Under the pieces are notes generated by a model. It was given only the letters and a program-made list of their open reading frames with translations, did no database searches and had not been told where the DNA came from. This document shows, in pieces, positions 11,663 through 25,300 of a DNA stretch of 64,000 nt; within the stretch, counting starts at the first letter, position 1; every line of letters starts with the position of its first letter. The translations under genes and the position numbers were made by a program. The DNA is taken from the NCBI RefSeq assembly GCF_000002075.1, contig NW_004797279.1:1721962-1785961 (forward strand), read 5' to 3'. Source of the stretch: Aplysia californica (lineage: Eukaryota).

Positions 11663-12239
11663 AATTTTTAATTTCATTTTCATGATTTTAGTCATCAAAT
11701 GGTCAAAATCACCGGTCACCAGCAAATAAATCGGAGTATTTATTTTGGAAGCTACATGATGATATTTCATTCAATCTATTTTTGTTGTCTACGGGGGTTT
11801 CCCCCAAGACTCTTGGGTTTCCCTCGCCAGTAACTGTTGANNNNNNNNNNNNNNNNNNNNNNNNNNNNNNNNNNNNNNNNNNNNNNNNNNNNNNNNNNNN
11901 NNNNNNNNNNNNNNNNNNNNNNNNNNNNNNNNNNNNNNNNNNNNNNNNNNNNNNNNNNNNNNNNNNNNNNNNNNNNNNNNNNNNNNNNNNNNNNNNNNNN
12001 NNNNNNNNNNNNNNNNNNNNNNNNNNTGTGGACGATCAAATGGACAAAAACAAAGAAAAAAAATGATGTTGTGGCACAAAAAAGTAAATGAACTCTTTCC
12101 GGACGAATCGCTGATACGGCGCGAGTCTACACCCCTTGCGGACGTATCGCAGATATATCGGCTGTGATAGGGTGCCTCAGTATTGTTTCGTTTTAACTCG
12201 ATCCATCATTTATAATAACTTTATATTGCTATTGAAAAA

Positions 12240-12997
12240 GTCGGAAAGGAGTTCAACGAAAACTTGGGTTTAAGTAACGAGATGTGAGATTCTCCCTTTT
12301 TTTCTTCTTTAATATCTTCTGTAAAAATAACCTGGATTCAACAAGCACTTAAATCAGTGAGCTGGGATTCAACGAGGTCCCTTTCAGGGTGAACAGCCCC
12401 CGCAAATGTGGCTTCGATTATTTTTCTCCCAGAACGAACTTTATCTATTCCTGGAAACCGTCCATTGCACCTACATCGTGAACCACTATTCACATTAAAG
12501 CCATTTGCATGCGACCAATCAGCGGCCTTTTTTCATACCAGCGGCTGTGTGTGCGTGTCGGGGAGGGGGGGGGATGGGGCACTCGCGATCCGGGCGTCGA
12601 ACGTCGCAGATACAAACGCGTCACAGTCTTCCCTTCCCTGGCAACTGATCATTATCACAATGATTTGATAGTCTTGGCGTAGGTCTACGTATTGAATTGT
12701 GCGCTGGTCTATGGAATCAAAAGTTGCCGTATGCTAGGCTCTACACAGCAACACTAACTTTTTGGTAAACAATCGAGATGACACAGGCGTTTCCATTTGA
12801 ACGAATAGGTCTTTTTTTTACACAGCTCATAATATACAGGCATTTCATGCCCCACTTGTTACTCTTCTCTTTATACATTACTTGCTCAGTGCCTGTAATT
12901 GTCTACACAAAACCTCATATTTTTGCTATAACGAACCCTCGGATTCAATGAAATTTTAGGTCAGACCCGGCAACCTCGTTGAATCCGAGTTCGACTG
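12240..12997 (-). mobile_element. MITE family D copy 1, ending ~207 bp upstream of the LYAR ATG
   Basis: End ...CTCGTTGAATCCGAGTTCGACTG; GGATTCAAC repeats; diverged inverted homolog at 28566-29190; left edge approximate. Confidence 0.75.
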
Positions 12998-13203
12998 GAC
13001 ATCTTTTAAAAATAATTTTAAAGATATCTCATGTTCACTTTTTGTTTCTTTTTCAGATAAATTTCAGAGCACACAAACTGGTTTCTAAAGTGTGAAGTTT
13101 GCAGCTGCCCTGGCTCAGCGGACTGGTGGATAGCACCGTTTGCCTCTTTCCTAAAAAAACAATTTTTGATATTGGTTAGACTGACGTGTGCTGTAGTTTG
13201 AAG

Positions 13204-13325
13204 ATGGTGTTTTTTACTTGCAATGCCTGTAGCGAAGCTCTGAAAAAGAATCAAGTTGAAAAACATACATACAAATGTAGGCAGTGTCAGTCTTTGAGCT
13301 GTGTTGACTGTGGGAAAGATTTCTG
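13204..13325 (+). CDS. LYAR: LYAR coding exon 1 (MVFFTCNAC...CGKDF, phase 2 donor GTAAGG)
   Basis: ATG at 13204 in AAGATGG context; CxxC..H..C..CxxC zinc ligands; donor TG|GTAAG at 13326. Confidence 0.95.
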
Positions 13326-16300
13326 GTAAGGCCTTTTGCTATTTTTTTTTCATGTTCTTGACAACTGTAGGTTTTTGCACAGCTCATTGTAATGGGTTTT
13401 TGTGCCTTCGATCTCTTGAAACAGGTAGACTACAGGGCAAGTGTCCAAATATCACAATTAAGAATGGATATAATATATGACCAAAAATTTGGTACAAAGC
13501 TTGTTTTTAAGGAAATATGCCCTTACTAAGTAACTGAGGATATGATGCTAAATAGCACACCCTTGCAAGGTATTTTCTTTACTCAGTCTTGAAAATGTTA
13601 CAGCAATCCAGTTTTTCAAAATATATATGCATGTGTAGTCAGTATTGTGCTTTTTAAAAAACTTTAGAAACTGAATGTTGTTTTTTTTTACTTTAAAGTT
13701 GAGTAGATAATCATGCAACACTTTCACAGGAAAGCTGAAGGAAAAAAAGTGTAAATACTGTAATTAGGATTGTCAGGCTTGTTCCGGTATGGCGTATTAG
13801 ATAACATGGATGCTGGAGAAAGCATGCCCAGAACCTTGTAGCTGAAACTGAACTAGGTTTGTACCCACATGAGGAACTGGTTGCTTTACCCCCCACACAA
13901 CCATAGAAGTCTACATCATGCAATATGACCTTTAGCACCGATCTCGTTCGTCGTGGACTGCAAGCGTGCTAATGAACCAGCTGTCAGGAAGTCAGCAGCA
14001 GAGGCTACCATTCGATTGCTCCCCCTGCCTGATGTTGAATTCTGGACTGACGGTTCAGCGAAACACGGTACCGAGTATGGAGGCAGCAGAATACTGATCA
14101 AGACCTGTGATTCAGAACTCGACCATTGTGTAACCGCGGGCTGGTATTGTTCCAGCTACAGGGCTATGCTTGTAGCTCTCGACACAGCGCCGGGCATGCT
14201 TGATTCACTACATACAGCAGGCAGTCTTTAGAACAGTGTATGCCTTCATGTATACACTGATTCCAGATCAGCAGTCATACGCCTCTCATACGGCCCCACC
14301 AACCAATCGGAAAAGTGGCGTGCTCTATCTGGCAGCGTCTGCACACCCTCTGTAATCGCTCGGAATGTTCCATCCACTTACAGTGGATTCCAGGCCACGC
14401 TGGACTAGCTGGGAACGAGGAAGTTGACAGCATCGCTAAAGAAGCAACAGCGCTTACCCAGACTGACATGCCAATAGATTTTTCAACAGCTGAAACCTTC
14501 ATCCACCGGTCGACCTGCGCAAAGTGAAAAAGAGGCGAAACCCAAACTGCCGCTTGCCCAGCCGCCATCATACCAGCTTGAGGCCTCGCTCAGACGGCAG
14601 GACCGCCAGCTTCTCTCCCAAATGACAACTGGTGGAAAATCGCCCAAACTGAGATCATATCTCCACAAAATTGCACCAGCGGACTTCCCAGATCCGCCCT
14701 GTCGAACCTGCAAGGAGGAGGACGAGACTATAGACCATGTGTTCCTGAAATGTCCTGCCAACTATCATGCCAGAACACGTCTGCTGGGACATTTCAGTGA
14801 CCCACGCTCACCACTTTTCAAGGGCCCCCGAGCAAGTGTTGAGTTCCTGGGTGCTGTCGGCATTGCTGACCTTTTATGACGCCACAGTGCCAGAAGAGAG
14901 AGAGAGAGAATGCTGATTCAGCGTATGGTCATGCAAATCTTCACCTGCCAGGTTCTGGGGACCTGGGCTCAGAAAATTGAATTTGTCAGAGAACACGTGA
15001 GTCCCAAGCCCCAGTGTAGGTTTAGAGCAAAAAGGTAAACCATTTTATTAACATGGTGATCTTCTTGTGACAGGTACAGGAGACTGGCGTCGGTAGTCTA
15101 ATGGTTAGGCTACCAGACTCGTAATTGTGAGATTGCGAGTTCGGGGGTTCGAGCCTCAGCTCGGTCTGACATTGTGTCCTTGGGAAAGGTATTTTGCACG
15201 AATTTCCTACTTTGCTTGGTCCTTTCGGAGATGGACGTTAAACTCTGAGGTCCCGCCTCTTAAATGACCTAATAGTGTTGATAGGACCCTTAATAAACTC
15301 ATACCATCTTTGTGGTAAAGGAGAAGTGCAGAGAGCAGCACAAACCCTTGTGTACATTGTCTTCATAGACCTCGCCAAAGCATTTGATCATGTCAGTTGC
15401 GAAGAACATTGAATCTCTGGAGTTACTTGGATGTCTGCTGTCCCTCCTACGGATCTTTTAATCATTTTACATTTGTAATGAAGGCAGAGTCATCTTTAGA
15501 AAATCCTCGGAGGAGTTTGAGACTGAGATAAGAGCAGAATCAAGCAAGGACATGACCTTGCTCTTTGGCGCTCCCTCTACGGAATTTATTTCTTATTTCT
15601 TGCTTCTGCTCTGACATGCTTTCTTTTTCTAGAGTGACATGAGCTTTATTCCAGCTCCTATGGTGGACTCTACAACACTGAATGACTGAAGACAAAGATG
15701 AAGATCAATGTGTTATCTCATCAGAAAACTACCATTGCTGCAGGACATACAGCAGTTGTGGCCCACACAGAGAAAGAACGACTTTTTCTTCTTCTCGTTC
15801 ATCTCTCAATGGATGTCCCAGTTAGTTGAGTTAGGAAGAATTTAAAAAGTCGGATTTTTGAAAGTTCAGCCGAATGCTGGCAATTTGACTCGACTGTCAG
15901 TAAGAAAAAGACACCATGCTTTCTATCAAGGAGAAGCTACAGAACTGTTAGAAGTTCCTGTTTCAATTGAAAAGTGAGAATTGTTTATCTGCAAAAATGT
16001 GCAAAACCTGCTGGCTAACGTTAAGAATGAAAATAAAATGCTGGTCATTGGTATTCACTACATGTTTTATATTTCCAGGGGCTCTGAGTACTTAACACAC
16101 ACAAAGTGCATAACAGAAGATGAGAAGTATTGTGGTAAAGGCTTTGTGGCCAAGGTCAACAAAGGAGAAGTGAAACAAGAACAGTGGATTGAGGTACTGT
16201 AATGCATGTGCTGAGATCTTTAGAAATATCTTTTTTTATTCAGTTGAGTGTGCCTAACTCGTAATTGAGAGAGAGAGACGGAGAGAGTTTTTTGTAAATG

Positions 16301-19300
16301 TTCTGGATATATTTGGGTCAGATAAAGGAAGGGTTGCATGGGGAGGAGGAGGGTGGCGAGAGAACACATGATAGATGAGATAAGAGTAATGATGTGCTGA
16401 TCAGGTCGGGAGGAGTTGTCTCTCATAATTATGATAATTTCACTGATACTGATTCGGGTTTGGCAGCCATGGATTTCCTGAAACTGAAATTACTTGTCCA
16501 GTCTTAGAAAAGTGACTCTGATGCCAGTCTGTCTTCCAAGTCTGCAAGCCACACACTCTTCCCAAGCCTCATATGCTTCTCTAACCTTTTGATCCCCATC
16601 TCAGTTAACAACTTGTCTCTGCTGTCCATGTCTGTCTCATTACTAATTACCCTGTAATGACCCTTTTAACGGATCAAAGTCAACTGGCATTACACAAGGC
16701 CTATTGTGTACTGTCAATCTAGAGCTTATCATTAATGTTTCTTGTCTAAGGCAGGAATAATAGTCTAATCTTTTACTTTTTCTGTTTGTGTTGTTAAAAT
16801 GGTTTTGAAGATGGGACTGTATTAACTTCTTCATATTGGCCTTGATTTTGAAATGAACCCCTTGAGGCCAGCCATTTTGATCAAGTTTGGGAAAACCTCT
16901 GTCATTTTACTTTTCTAAAGTTTTAATGTAAAGAAAGAAACAGCAAACTGTTTTTCATGTAATACATTTTGAATAATTGTGTTTATCCCTTACTTTAAAA
17001 AAAACTTTTGAAAAGGAGTATCACAGAGAAGTTTGGGTATCACAAAAGTATTTTGTTTATGCCATTGCTGTACTTTGATTCTACTAACTACAATGTATCA
17101 AATTGAGTCTTTATTATAGTCTAGACCCAGAAATAGAAAATTAAATGTGTACATCTAGCTATGTTTGTCCATGGTAAGTCTACAAGAATCATCTAGACCT
17201 ACAAAATGGATCCAGATGGTAAATCTGACTTAGATCTATTTATAGTAAACTAGTCTAGATCTCGCAAACTGAACCTTGTTGTATTCTGTAAAAACGATAA
17301 AAAGGGAGCAAGGTTCAATAAAAAATTAATTAAAGGGCGATTTCCCATCCCGTCAGGAATGGTTTGGATCAATAAAACATACATTGGCGGCATCGAAACA
17401 CATGCGGATAACTTGAGAACAACAGATGTACGCCATTGGCTGATATTTATAGTAACAGCCATCTTGTTTGACGTCATTGAGGGATTTCCACTTTGTTGTC
17501 GTTCACAGTGGCAACACGACCGCAAAGCACTATTGCAGTATTTTTAAAGCCTGTAGCCTACAGTGGCGTGGTGGTGGAGTGGTTAGTGCGCTTGTCTCCA
17601 AAGCAGAAAGTCCAGGTTCGAGCCTCGGTTCGGCGACAGATTTTTTTTCCCCCTCCGGCCCACCCACCTATAAAGGGTACATGACTTCGAGTTGGGGAAA
17701 TACAGGACTAATTTTAACCCAAAAATTTTTTTCTAAAGAAATATGTAAGATAACTGAAAAAGCATGTGATGTCGTGACTTTGATGGATTTAAAAAACGTA
17801 CAAAAAATTGGTCATTTTCCTACAATGGCCGCCATTACCATGGCAACCGCTAGATTCATCCACAAAATAGATGATTGCAAATTACTCACAATACGACCTT
17901 TAATATATGAAGTCAGGTACCCATTACAGGTTGGTGGGCAGGAGGGGGCGGAAAAAAATAATCCGTTGCCGAACCGAGGCTTGAACCTGGACTTTCTGCT
18001 TTGGAGACAAGCACACTAACCACTCCGCCACCACGCCACTGTAGGCTATAGGCTTTAAAAATACTGCAGTAGTGCTTTGCGGTCGTGTTGCCACCGTGAA
18101 CGACAACAAAGTGGGAATCCCTCAATGACGTCAAACAAGATGGCTGTTACTATAAATATCGGCCAAAGGCGTACATCTGTCGTTCTCAAGTTATCCGCAT
18201 GTTATGGAAACATAAGTTGAGTGTCAGACTGAGATAGAATGTCTGTGCTTTGGAAATAGGAAACAGAGATTTCTTAATTTTAATTTTGGTCTTAAGTGAC
18301 TTAAAACTGTTCTGTCCAAGTGAAAAAAATTTCTTCGTTTTGCATTTTTATTTTTATTTTTCCCCTTCAGAAAGTCCAAGGAGCAATAGAGAAAGCTTCA
18401 TCAAATCCAAAACTGAAAGGCCTGCTCGAAAGACTCACAGATTATCCTAACATTCCCCGGAAAAAAGCAAAATTTGAGGTATTCATGTATAATTAGAAAT
18501 TGCCGGCTTATTGCATTGTATTGCATTAATAATTTGATGAATGTCTTAGTTCAGATGACTTTGTAAGAAATGATATGCAGTTAAAATTGTCTGAGACGGT
18601 CACCCAATGGTGAGGAGAAAAATGGTTGTCTTAGACATACATGTGAATGTCTTGGGAAGTGTCATAATATATAGAAGAAACGAAAGGGCCGGAATGGGAT
18701 GTGGATGTTTGTATAGGTGATTGTCTTGAACAGATGGCCATTAAAACAGGTATTTTAATCTTAGTCATAATAAAAGCATGTCTGAGTTTGTTTGAAGCTG
18801 ATACTGTAGTCTCTGCCTAAATGCATGCCATACAAAAGCATGCTCCGCTCAAACGCACGCTTTTGTCATGACGTTTGAAAAAACTAGCCATATAATTTAG
18901 ATGTACAAATGTACAGTCACTCCCTCTACTTTACTTTTCTTTTCCGATCCAACGGCCATCTGGGTTCTAGCCCTTTGTACTGTCGAAATGACAAAGAATT
19001 TACAGGTTTGTATCAGCTGTGTTTTATCGCTGTATAAAGCAGACCTGCCACTCATCCCGATTTAATCGGGATATCCCGATTTTGTGCCCCAAATCTCAAG
19101 CATCCCGATTTTCCCGATTTCGATCGCCAGTATCCTGATTTTTCATGGTTGCGTCTGTTGCGTCCGATTCATAGAAAAAAATATAAAAAGTTCTGCAATC
19201 TCTTTTGCTTGGAAACACCGATTGGACTTTTTATCTGCAGGAACTTGGAACTCTATTTTCTAAAGCATCTTTGCCGAATCTAGGTCTAGTAGATGACTAA

Positions 19301-22300
19301 CACACGCTATTTAAACTAAAATCGACCTAGTTTCAAACGCTCACTCGCATCACATGACATGACTTCGTACGTGTGGTGAGTAGCACGTGTGTCAGGGACC
19401 GTCGGTTGTCGGGGTCAACAAAGTTAATTCACACAGGTTGTGTTGGTCGAGGTGTTTTTCGGGACTTAACCAGTGTGGACGGCCGGGGGGAGGGGGTGGG
19501 GGTATTGTTTTGACACGTGGGCTTAAAGTGCGTGCCGTGATACAGATACTAATTAAGGGGAAAGGAATAAGAAAAAAAATGAACAACCTTGGCGCGATCT
19601 TTTTTTCGATGTGATGGAAGTCAAACGTTAAAACACGGGTGTTTTGCGTGGATGATTAGAGTTACGTGTCAGCTATTTTCAAGACTACGAGTGTTTCAGC
19701 ATCACTGGGACCTTCGCTCCCCCAGTCTATCCAATTTCAACTCGAGTACATATATGCTGTCAAACTTTAGCCTTGCATACTTGCCTCTTAAAGGGGAACC
19801 AGGACAACCCCTTCCCTAGTGCCCTTTATGACTGAATTTTCGTTGATCCCAATTTTTTTCACCGGATCCTGATTTTTTAACTCAGAAATCCTGATTTTTA
19901 GATTTCATAGAGTGGCAGGTCTGTATAAAGTATTTCCGATATCTGGGGAGGCAGTTAGGTTGGTACTACACAGGTTGCTAAGTGCACGACAGGAAAAGAG
20001 ATGGTGTGATACTGTTTCATCCTGGCAGTTACACAACAGACAGTCAAGTGGGATATCCTTGCGGATCCTATTTAGGTAGGAATTCAGATGGATGTGCTGT
20101 GTTTGCAGGTGAAAGATAGGGACTTGTTCTCTTCTAATCAGGGAGTTTAGTTAGTCTTTGAGTTAGAAGCTGTCACTCTCTCGAAACGCACGCTCCGATT
20201 CGCGAAACACGCCGACAGGTAAAGCTTGACAAAGGGAAATTTTCACTACAACCTGCACTGCTTGTATACGACAACCCTAGAAAACCGGATATTTGGTGAG
20301 AATGCCTCTCACGCCGAATGAAGAGATTGATGGACAGAGTTTTCACACCCAGCTTTCCACAGACAGTACTTAAGTCTAGGACTGGTTGGTGAAATGTTGG
20401 GGGGTTGGGGGACTGAAATGTTTTTTTATTGGTCACTCGAAATGCATCTTTGAGAGAAGGTTTCTGACTGGTGTTTTGGTGACTGCATGTAATGTTTAGT
20501 TAGATCTAGGCCTATGATGCGCAACACGCAAGAATGCTGTAAAACACTAGATAGGCCTCTATAAGATTAAAGATTAGTCAAGTAAGCCTAATCAGCTGCG
20601 CTCGAAGAACCTATAACGTACTTGTTCAACGAATCACAGAGAAATGTTTCTCTGAATGTAGAGATCTATGATCATGGTTCTGATGTCATTCATGATTATA
20701 AATTACGGTCAGGGGTGGTCGCTTGGAAAGCCATGTCGTTGGGCTGTCGTCTCTTTGACTATCACCAACAGTTTCTTCTTATCTTTTTAGGCTATCTGTT
20801 CCCGACATTTTATGGTGCATATCATTGCATTGAGGCTGTCCTTCTGCACCCCCCCCCCCCATGTCGTCACATTATTGGCCCAAAGTGACCCCCACCCCAA
20901 AGGGAGGTCACTAGAATATCAAGAAATTGAGATGACTGCATCCCTTCCTCCCTTTGCACTGTTTCATGTAAACATACACTCCATATAAACACACGCTAAA
21001 GAGCCTTCCCGAGCACTGTGCGTTTAGGCGGAGACTACTGTAGTCTTGAAGAATTGTAGTGTTATCCTTTTCAGACTGGAGGATTTTTAAAGTTACTCTC
21101 CTATACATCCTTTAGTTTGTTGTTTGTTTTTTGGTTCCTTTTTATCATTGATTATGTGAATGAAGGCAATGGAGTATTGACACTGAACATTTAAGATTGC
21201 CCTTTGTTCTTCAAGTAAACTCGCACAAAAAAGTTAAGGAACAAAAATTCAAAGCAAGATAACTGAAAAACTGTAGAACCGAATTTATTCATTTTTTCAA
21301 AAAAGATGCTTTCGACTCTCTAGTTTACGAGTGTATAATTTCAGATTTCAACAACAAAGAGAAATGCATGTAAAATTAGTTTAAATTACACTGGTCGCAT
21401 TTCAAGAGTCTGAGCAGCCGTAGTTCTTCATAAACATTGTCAATAGTGGGTGTAGCCACCCCGATTGGTCAAACACTCAGTACAGCGTAGACGCATGGAC
21501 AGGACATGCATTCGGAGATCTTGTTGCGGTAGGTTCTGCCACTCCTGGACGAGGTAGCCCAAGAGTTGTTGAACGTTTTGTGCAGGAGGGTGGTTATCCC
21601 TAATCCGCCGGTCAATGTGATCCCAGATGTTCTCGATTGGGTTCAAATCCGGACTACAAGCTGGCCAGTCCATGCGGGTGACACTTCGCTGCTGCAAGTC
21701 CCTCACGATGCGTGCGCGATGTAGTGTGGCGTTGTCGTCCTGCAGAACAGCGTGGGGTCCAATCTGCTGCAGGAGAGGAACAGCAACGGGAAGCAGGATT
21801 TCGTCCCTGTACCTTGCAGTGGTCAAATTGCCCTGTATATGGTACAGGGGGGTCCTGTGGTGAGCCGAGAAGCCTCCTCACAACAGAACGGACCCTCCAC
21901 CGTAGGGCGCCACCTGCTGGATGCACTCAGGGTGGAACCGCTCTATTCGGCGCTTCCAGACGTGGGCTCGCCTGTCTGGGTGCAGCAAGTTGAATCTGGA
22001 TTCGTCCGAGAAGACAACCTGACGTCGTGTCCATGGAAATGTCGAGCAGACCACGCCAAGCGAGCTGCTCTGTGGGCCGGCGTGTGCCTTGGGCGTCTGG
22101 CAGGAACACAAGAAGCGAACCTGGCTCTACGGAGACGGTTCCTCACCGTCTCCTCGCTCAAGTGGACATTGGCTGTCCCCCGTAGTTGGCCCCTGATGCG
22201 GTTTGCAGTGGTGGTTCGTGACGTCACGGCCTGTCTGGCGATGAACCGATCGATCCTGTCCTTGGTCAAACGGGGCCGCCCTTGTCGAGGCCTGTCCTGG

Positions 22301-25300
22301 ACCCTTCCTGTCGCTCGCCATCGTTCTTGCAGCCTCCATATGAGTGACGGGGACACCCCAAGTTGATGTGCAACGACTTGGAACGTGGTTCCATCTTGGA
22401 GCCAGGCAAGAGCGCGTCCTCTGTCGACATCAGGCTGCAAGCGTCGTTGGACCATCGTGTTGTAATGAAACATGGCTGAAAAACGCTGGCTTATAAAGGG
22501 TTGCAAGTGAGCGATATTAACAACCAAGACATCTGTTTAGCACGTGCCATGCTCAGTTTTAGCCACCAGCCCCAATGCCAATGTTGCAGAGGCAGAGAAA
22601 TTTAGCCCATTTTTCATGCTTTTCAGCTGTGTTTGGGCATGCCCTGCCTCGTCGTTGTGAAGCTCGTGCGGGTAAATTTGCTGTACAGGCAAACTGTGTC
22701 AAGTCGTCAGTGCATGTGTCAAGTTTGGTTGACTGAGCTTTACGGGATAGCGAGATATTGAAGTTTAAATTTGACAGGTGGAAACACAAGTTGTTCCTTA
22801 ACTTTTTTGTGCGAGTTTATTTAGCAGTTGGTTGATAAAAACAATACGTATCATGTAATCTGTTGTTTGCTGGGTGCTTTGATATTGTTGCTATAAATGA
22901 CTGAATTAACGTTTTCTGTTCTTGTCTATTACATCTTTGTTTAACTGAAGTTTTATGTCTGTTGCCTAGTACTAAAATACCATTCAAACTATGTGTGACA
23001 TTCTCTTCAGAATTTCTTAAAGAACAGTCTTCGAGTGCTTAGCCCTGCCCTAATTTCACAAGTGTGGGACCTCCTGATGACAGCAGCAAACAATGTGAGT
23101 TTTACAAAGTCAAAGGGTTAGAAAGTTCTTTCAGCATACTATTTAGTGGTAAAATTTGTCTCTCAGTTCTCTTGGAAAGATAAGAAAATAGTTTTTTTTC
23201 TTACCGTTTATTGATACCAGTAGTGAGTACGTTGATGATGATAGTGCTGAGTTACTGGTACTGAAAAGGGGCTTACTTGATGCTGTGGAGAGTGAGGAGA
23301 GGTTGCAGACAAGTAAAAGTATGAGTTTTCCTTGGTGTCTGTACTAAGCTTGTTCATTAGCTTATACCATCTGTATTTAATTTCCATGGAATTGAACATA
23401 GCTGATGTTGGCACTTTCCTATCACAACAGACCATAACGTTTATGCTGGATTGGTCTTCTTTGATTTGTCCTTTGATGAAAGTGCTTTTGTTTAACTTGG
23501 CTAGGCCTATCCATGTCAGAAAATGGCTGTTGTAATGAGTTCAACGAAAGAATCAATGTTCTACTCTGTGTTACATTGTCTTCTTCCTCTTTGATGTTAC
23601 CTTCAAGCTTTTTCTGCTGATCATTACTCTTTCATCTTTAGGCAGGTTTTAACTTCTCTCTCCTATTGGTCTTGAGGCCATAAATCACATGATGTCGTGC
23701 AAACATCGATGTTCTGTGCCTTGTGGTCATCTCAATCTCACTGCCAACTGTGTTTGAACCAAATGAGCTGACACTTTTCTGCATCTTATTTCATTTTTAA
23801 AAAGTGTGACTATTGACCTAGAAAGATCTAGGATCTCAGCAATGTCATGAATTTTGAGCCTCCTGTCATCACGAATGAGTTTCCTAATGATTTCAGCATT
23901 TTTTCTGTGTTGGCAAACAGATGACAACCCTCTAATTTTCCCATCGTGCAGATTTGTATGCCCCTCTTTAGATAAATTGCACCAATGTTAGACCTCACCA
24001 TAAATACTTTCAAGTTCTGTCTCAGTTTCTGTGGCAATTTCCTTTTTCACGTAGAAACTGAATAACATTTCTGTTGTCTTCTTTTGACGAATTTTATGTA
24101 GTGGTGTGTATTAAATAGTTGCATTCATTTTGTTCATTTTAATGGTGGGCCCAAATGGAGTATTCCCTGAACTACTAAAATCTTTTTTCAGAATTGAAAA
24201 ATATCGGAGTTATTTGAATTTTGATATAGTCATTTTCCTGTTATTTCTGGGACAGCTCTCTTTTTTAAAAGTAAATATTTTCATTTCATTAACTTACACT
24301 AAAACTGTTTTTCATCTGCTGAAAGAAAATTAAACTGCTTTGATGTTTATTTGTCATTACAGGCTGCAGAAAGCAAACATAATGTACCATCCGCTCAGTC
24401 TGCTCAAACTAATGGCGAGACCAAAAGCAATGTTGACCCTTCCAAAACCAGTGATGGCCACATGGAGGTGGAAAATGAAAATGAGGAAACAGCGAAACTG
24501 AATAAAAGAGAGAAAAAGGAAGAACGTCAGAAGAAAAATAAAAAGGAGAAGAAGGATAAAGAAGTTCCAGAAAGCAATGGAGATGTTGAAAAAGTTAAGA
24601 AAAAGAAAAAACGAAAACATGAAGAAGTTCTGGAAGATCAGAGTAACGTGTCTGAGGAGCCTGTGTCTGGGAAGAAAAGGAAGAGGAATGAAGAGCCAGC
24701 AGAGGAGGATCCCGGCAGTGAGCTGAGCCCAATTGAGAAAAAGAAGAAAAAAAAGAAACATGACAGTTCTCAAGGTAATGATGCTTTGAAAGGTGCAGTA
24801 GAATATGGTGGGATGTTATAAACAGTATTTATGCTGGGGGACACTGTCCGGTGCCCCAGTTGTGAGGGAATTCAGGTTCACAATGGTCATCAAGCAATGC
24901 TAGTGACACAGCTTTTAGGTATGTGGTCTCTGATATGTGTCCTTGTGGAAGTGCTCAAGAGAAGGCCTTGCCATTAAGTAGACAGTAAGGGTGTTAGTAC
25001 ATGACAATGACAACAAACTACTGGTCTCATGGCAAGAAGTTAGTTCTGGTCATCTACAACTGTTTATGAATGTTTCTTAAACCTGAACATGCTCGTCCTC
25101 TCACTCTCTTTGGGTCAATTGTGGCAAGTGAATTGATCATTGAAAATTAAAAAAACAACAACTTTGTATTCTGGATTATTGTATTCTTAGAATGTATGTT
25201 AGGTGATGCTCCTATGTAAACAAGATTTCCGGACAGGTGAATAAATGTAATCTTTTCTTTTTTACTTCTCATCTTACCATTTCAGTATGTTCATGAGTGG

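Larger units (their letters stand above)
18804..21040. mobile_element. MITE family A copy 1 (pogo/Tc1-type, TA flanks), interrupted by a LINE 3' end that itself carries a hAT-like MITE
   Basis: TIR C(A/T)GTAGTCTC(C/T)GCCTAAA(C/T)GCA at both ends; colinear with 45507-46524 apart from the 18929-20171 insert. Confidence 0.9.

Noticed and set aside
3331-12091. Poly-X ORFs at 3331-3541 and 11776-12091
   Set aside because: Artefacts of N-gaps.
17564-17640. tRNA-Trp(CCA) gene (and its mirror at ~17964-18038)
   Set aside because: A/B boxes and the anticodon loop are present, but the acceptor stem does not pair and SINE-like sequence follows; treated as a tRNA-derived head.
17468-18134. 183-aa ORF and its mirror ORFs
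   Set aside because: Non-ATG starts, no recognisable domain; products of the inverted repeat and SINE head.
21752-22366. 204-aa plus-strand ORF
   Set aside because: Antisense shadow of the GC-rich Tc1 transposase.
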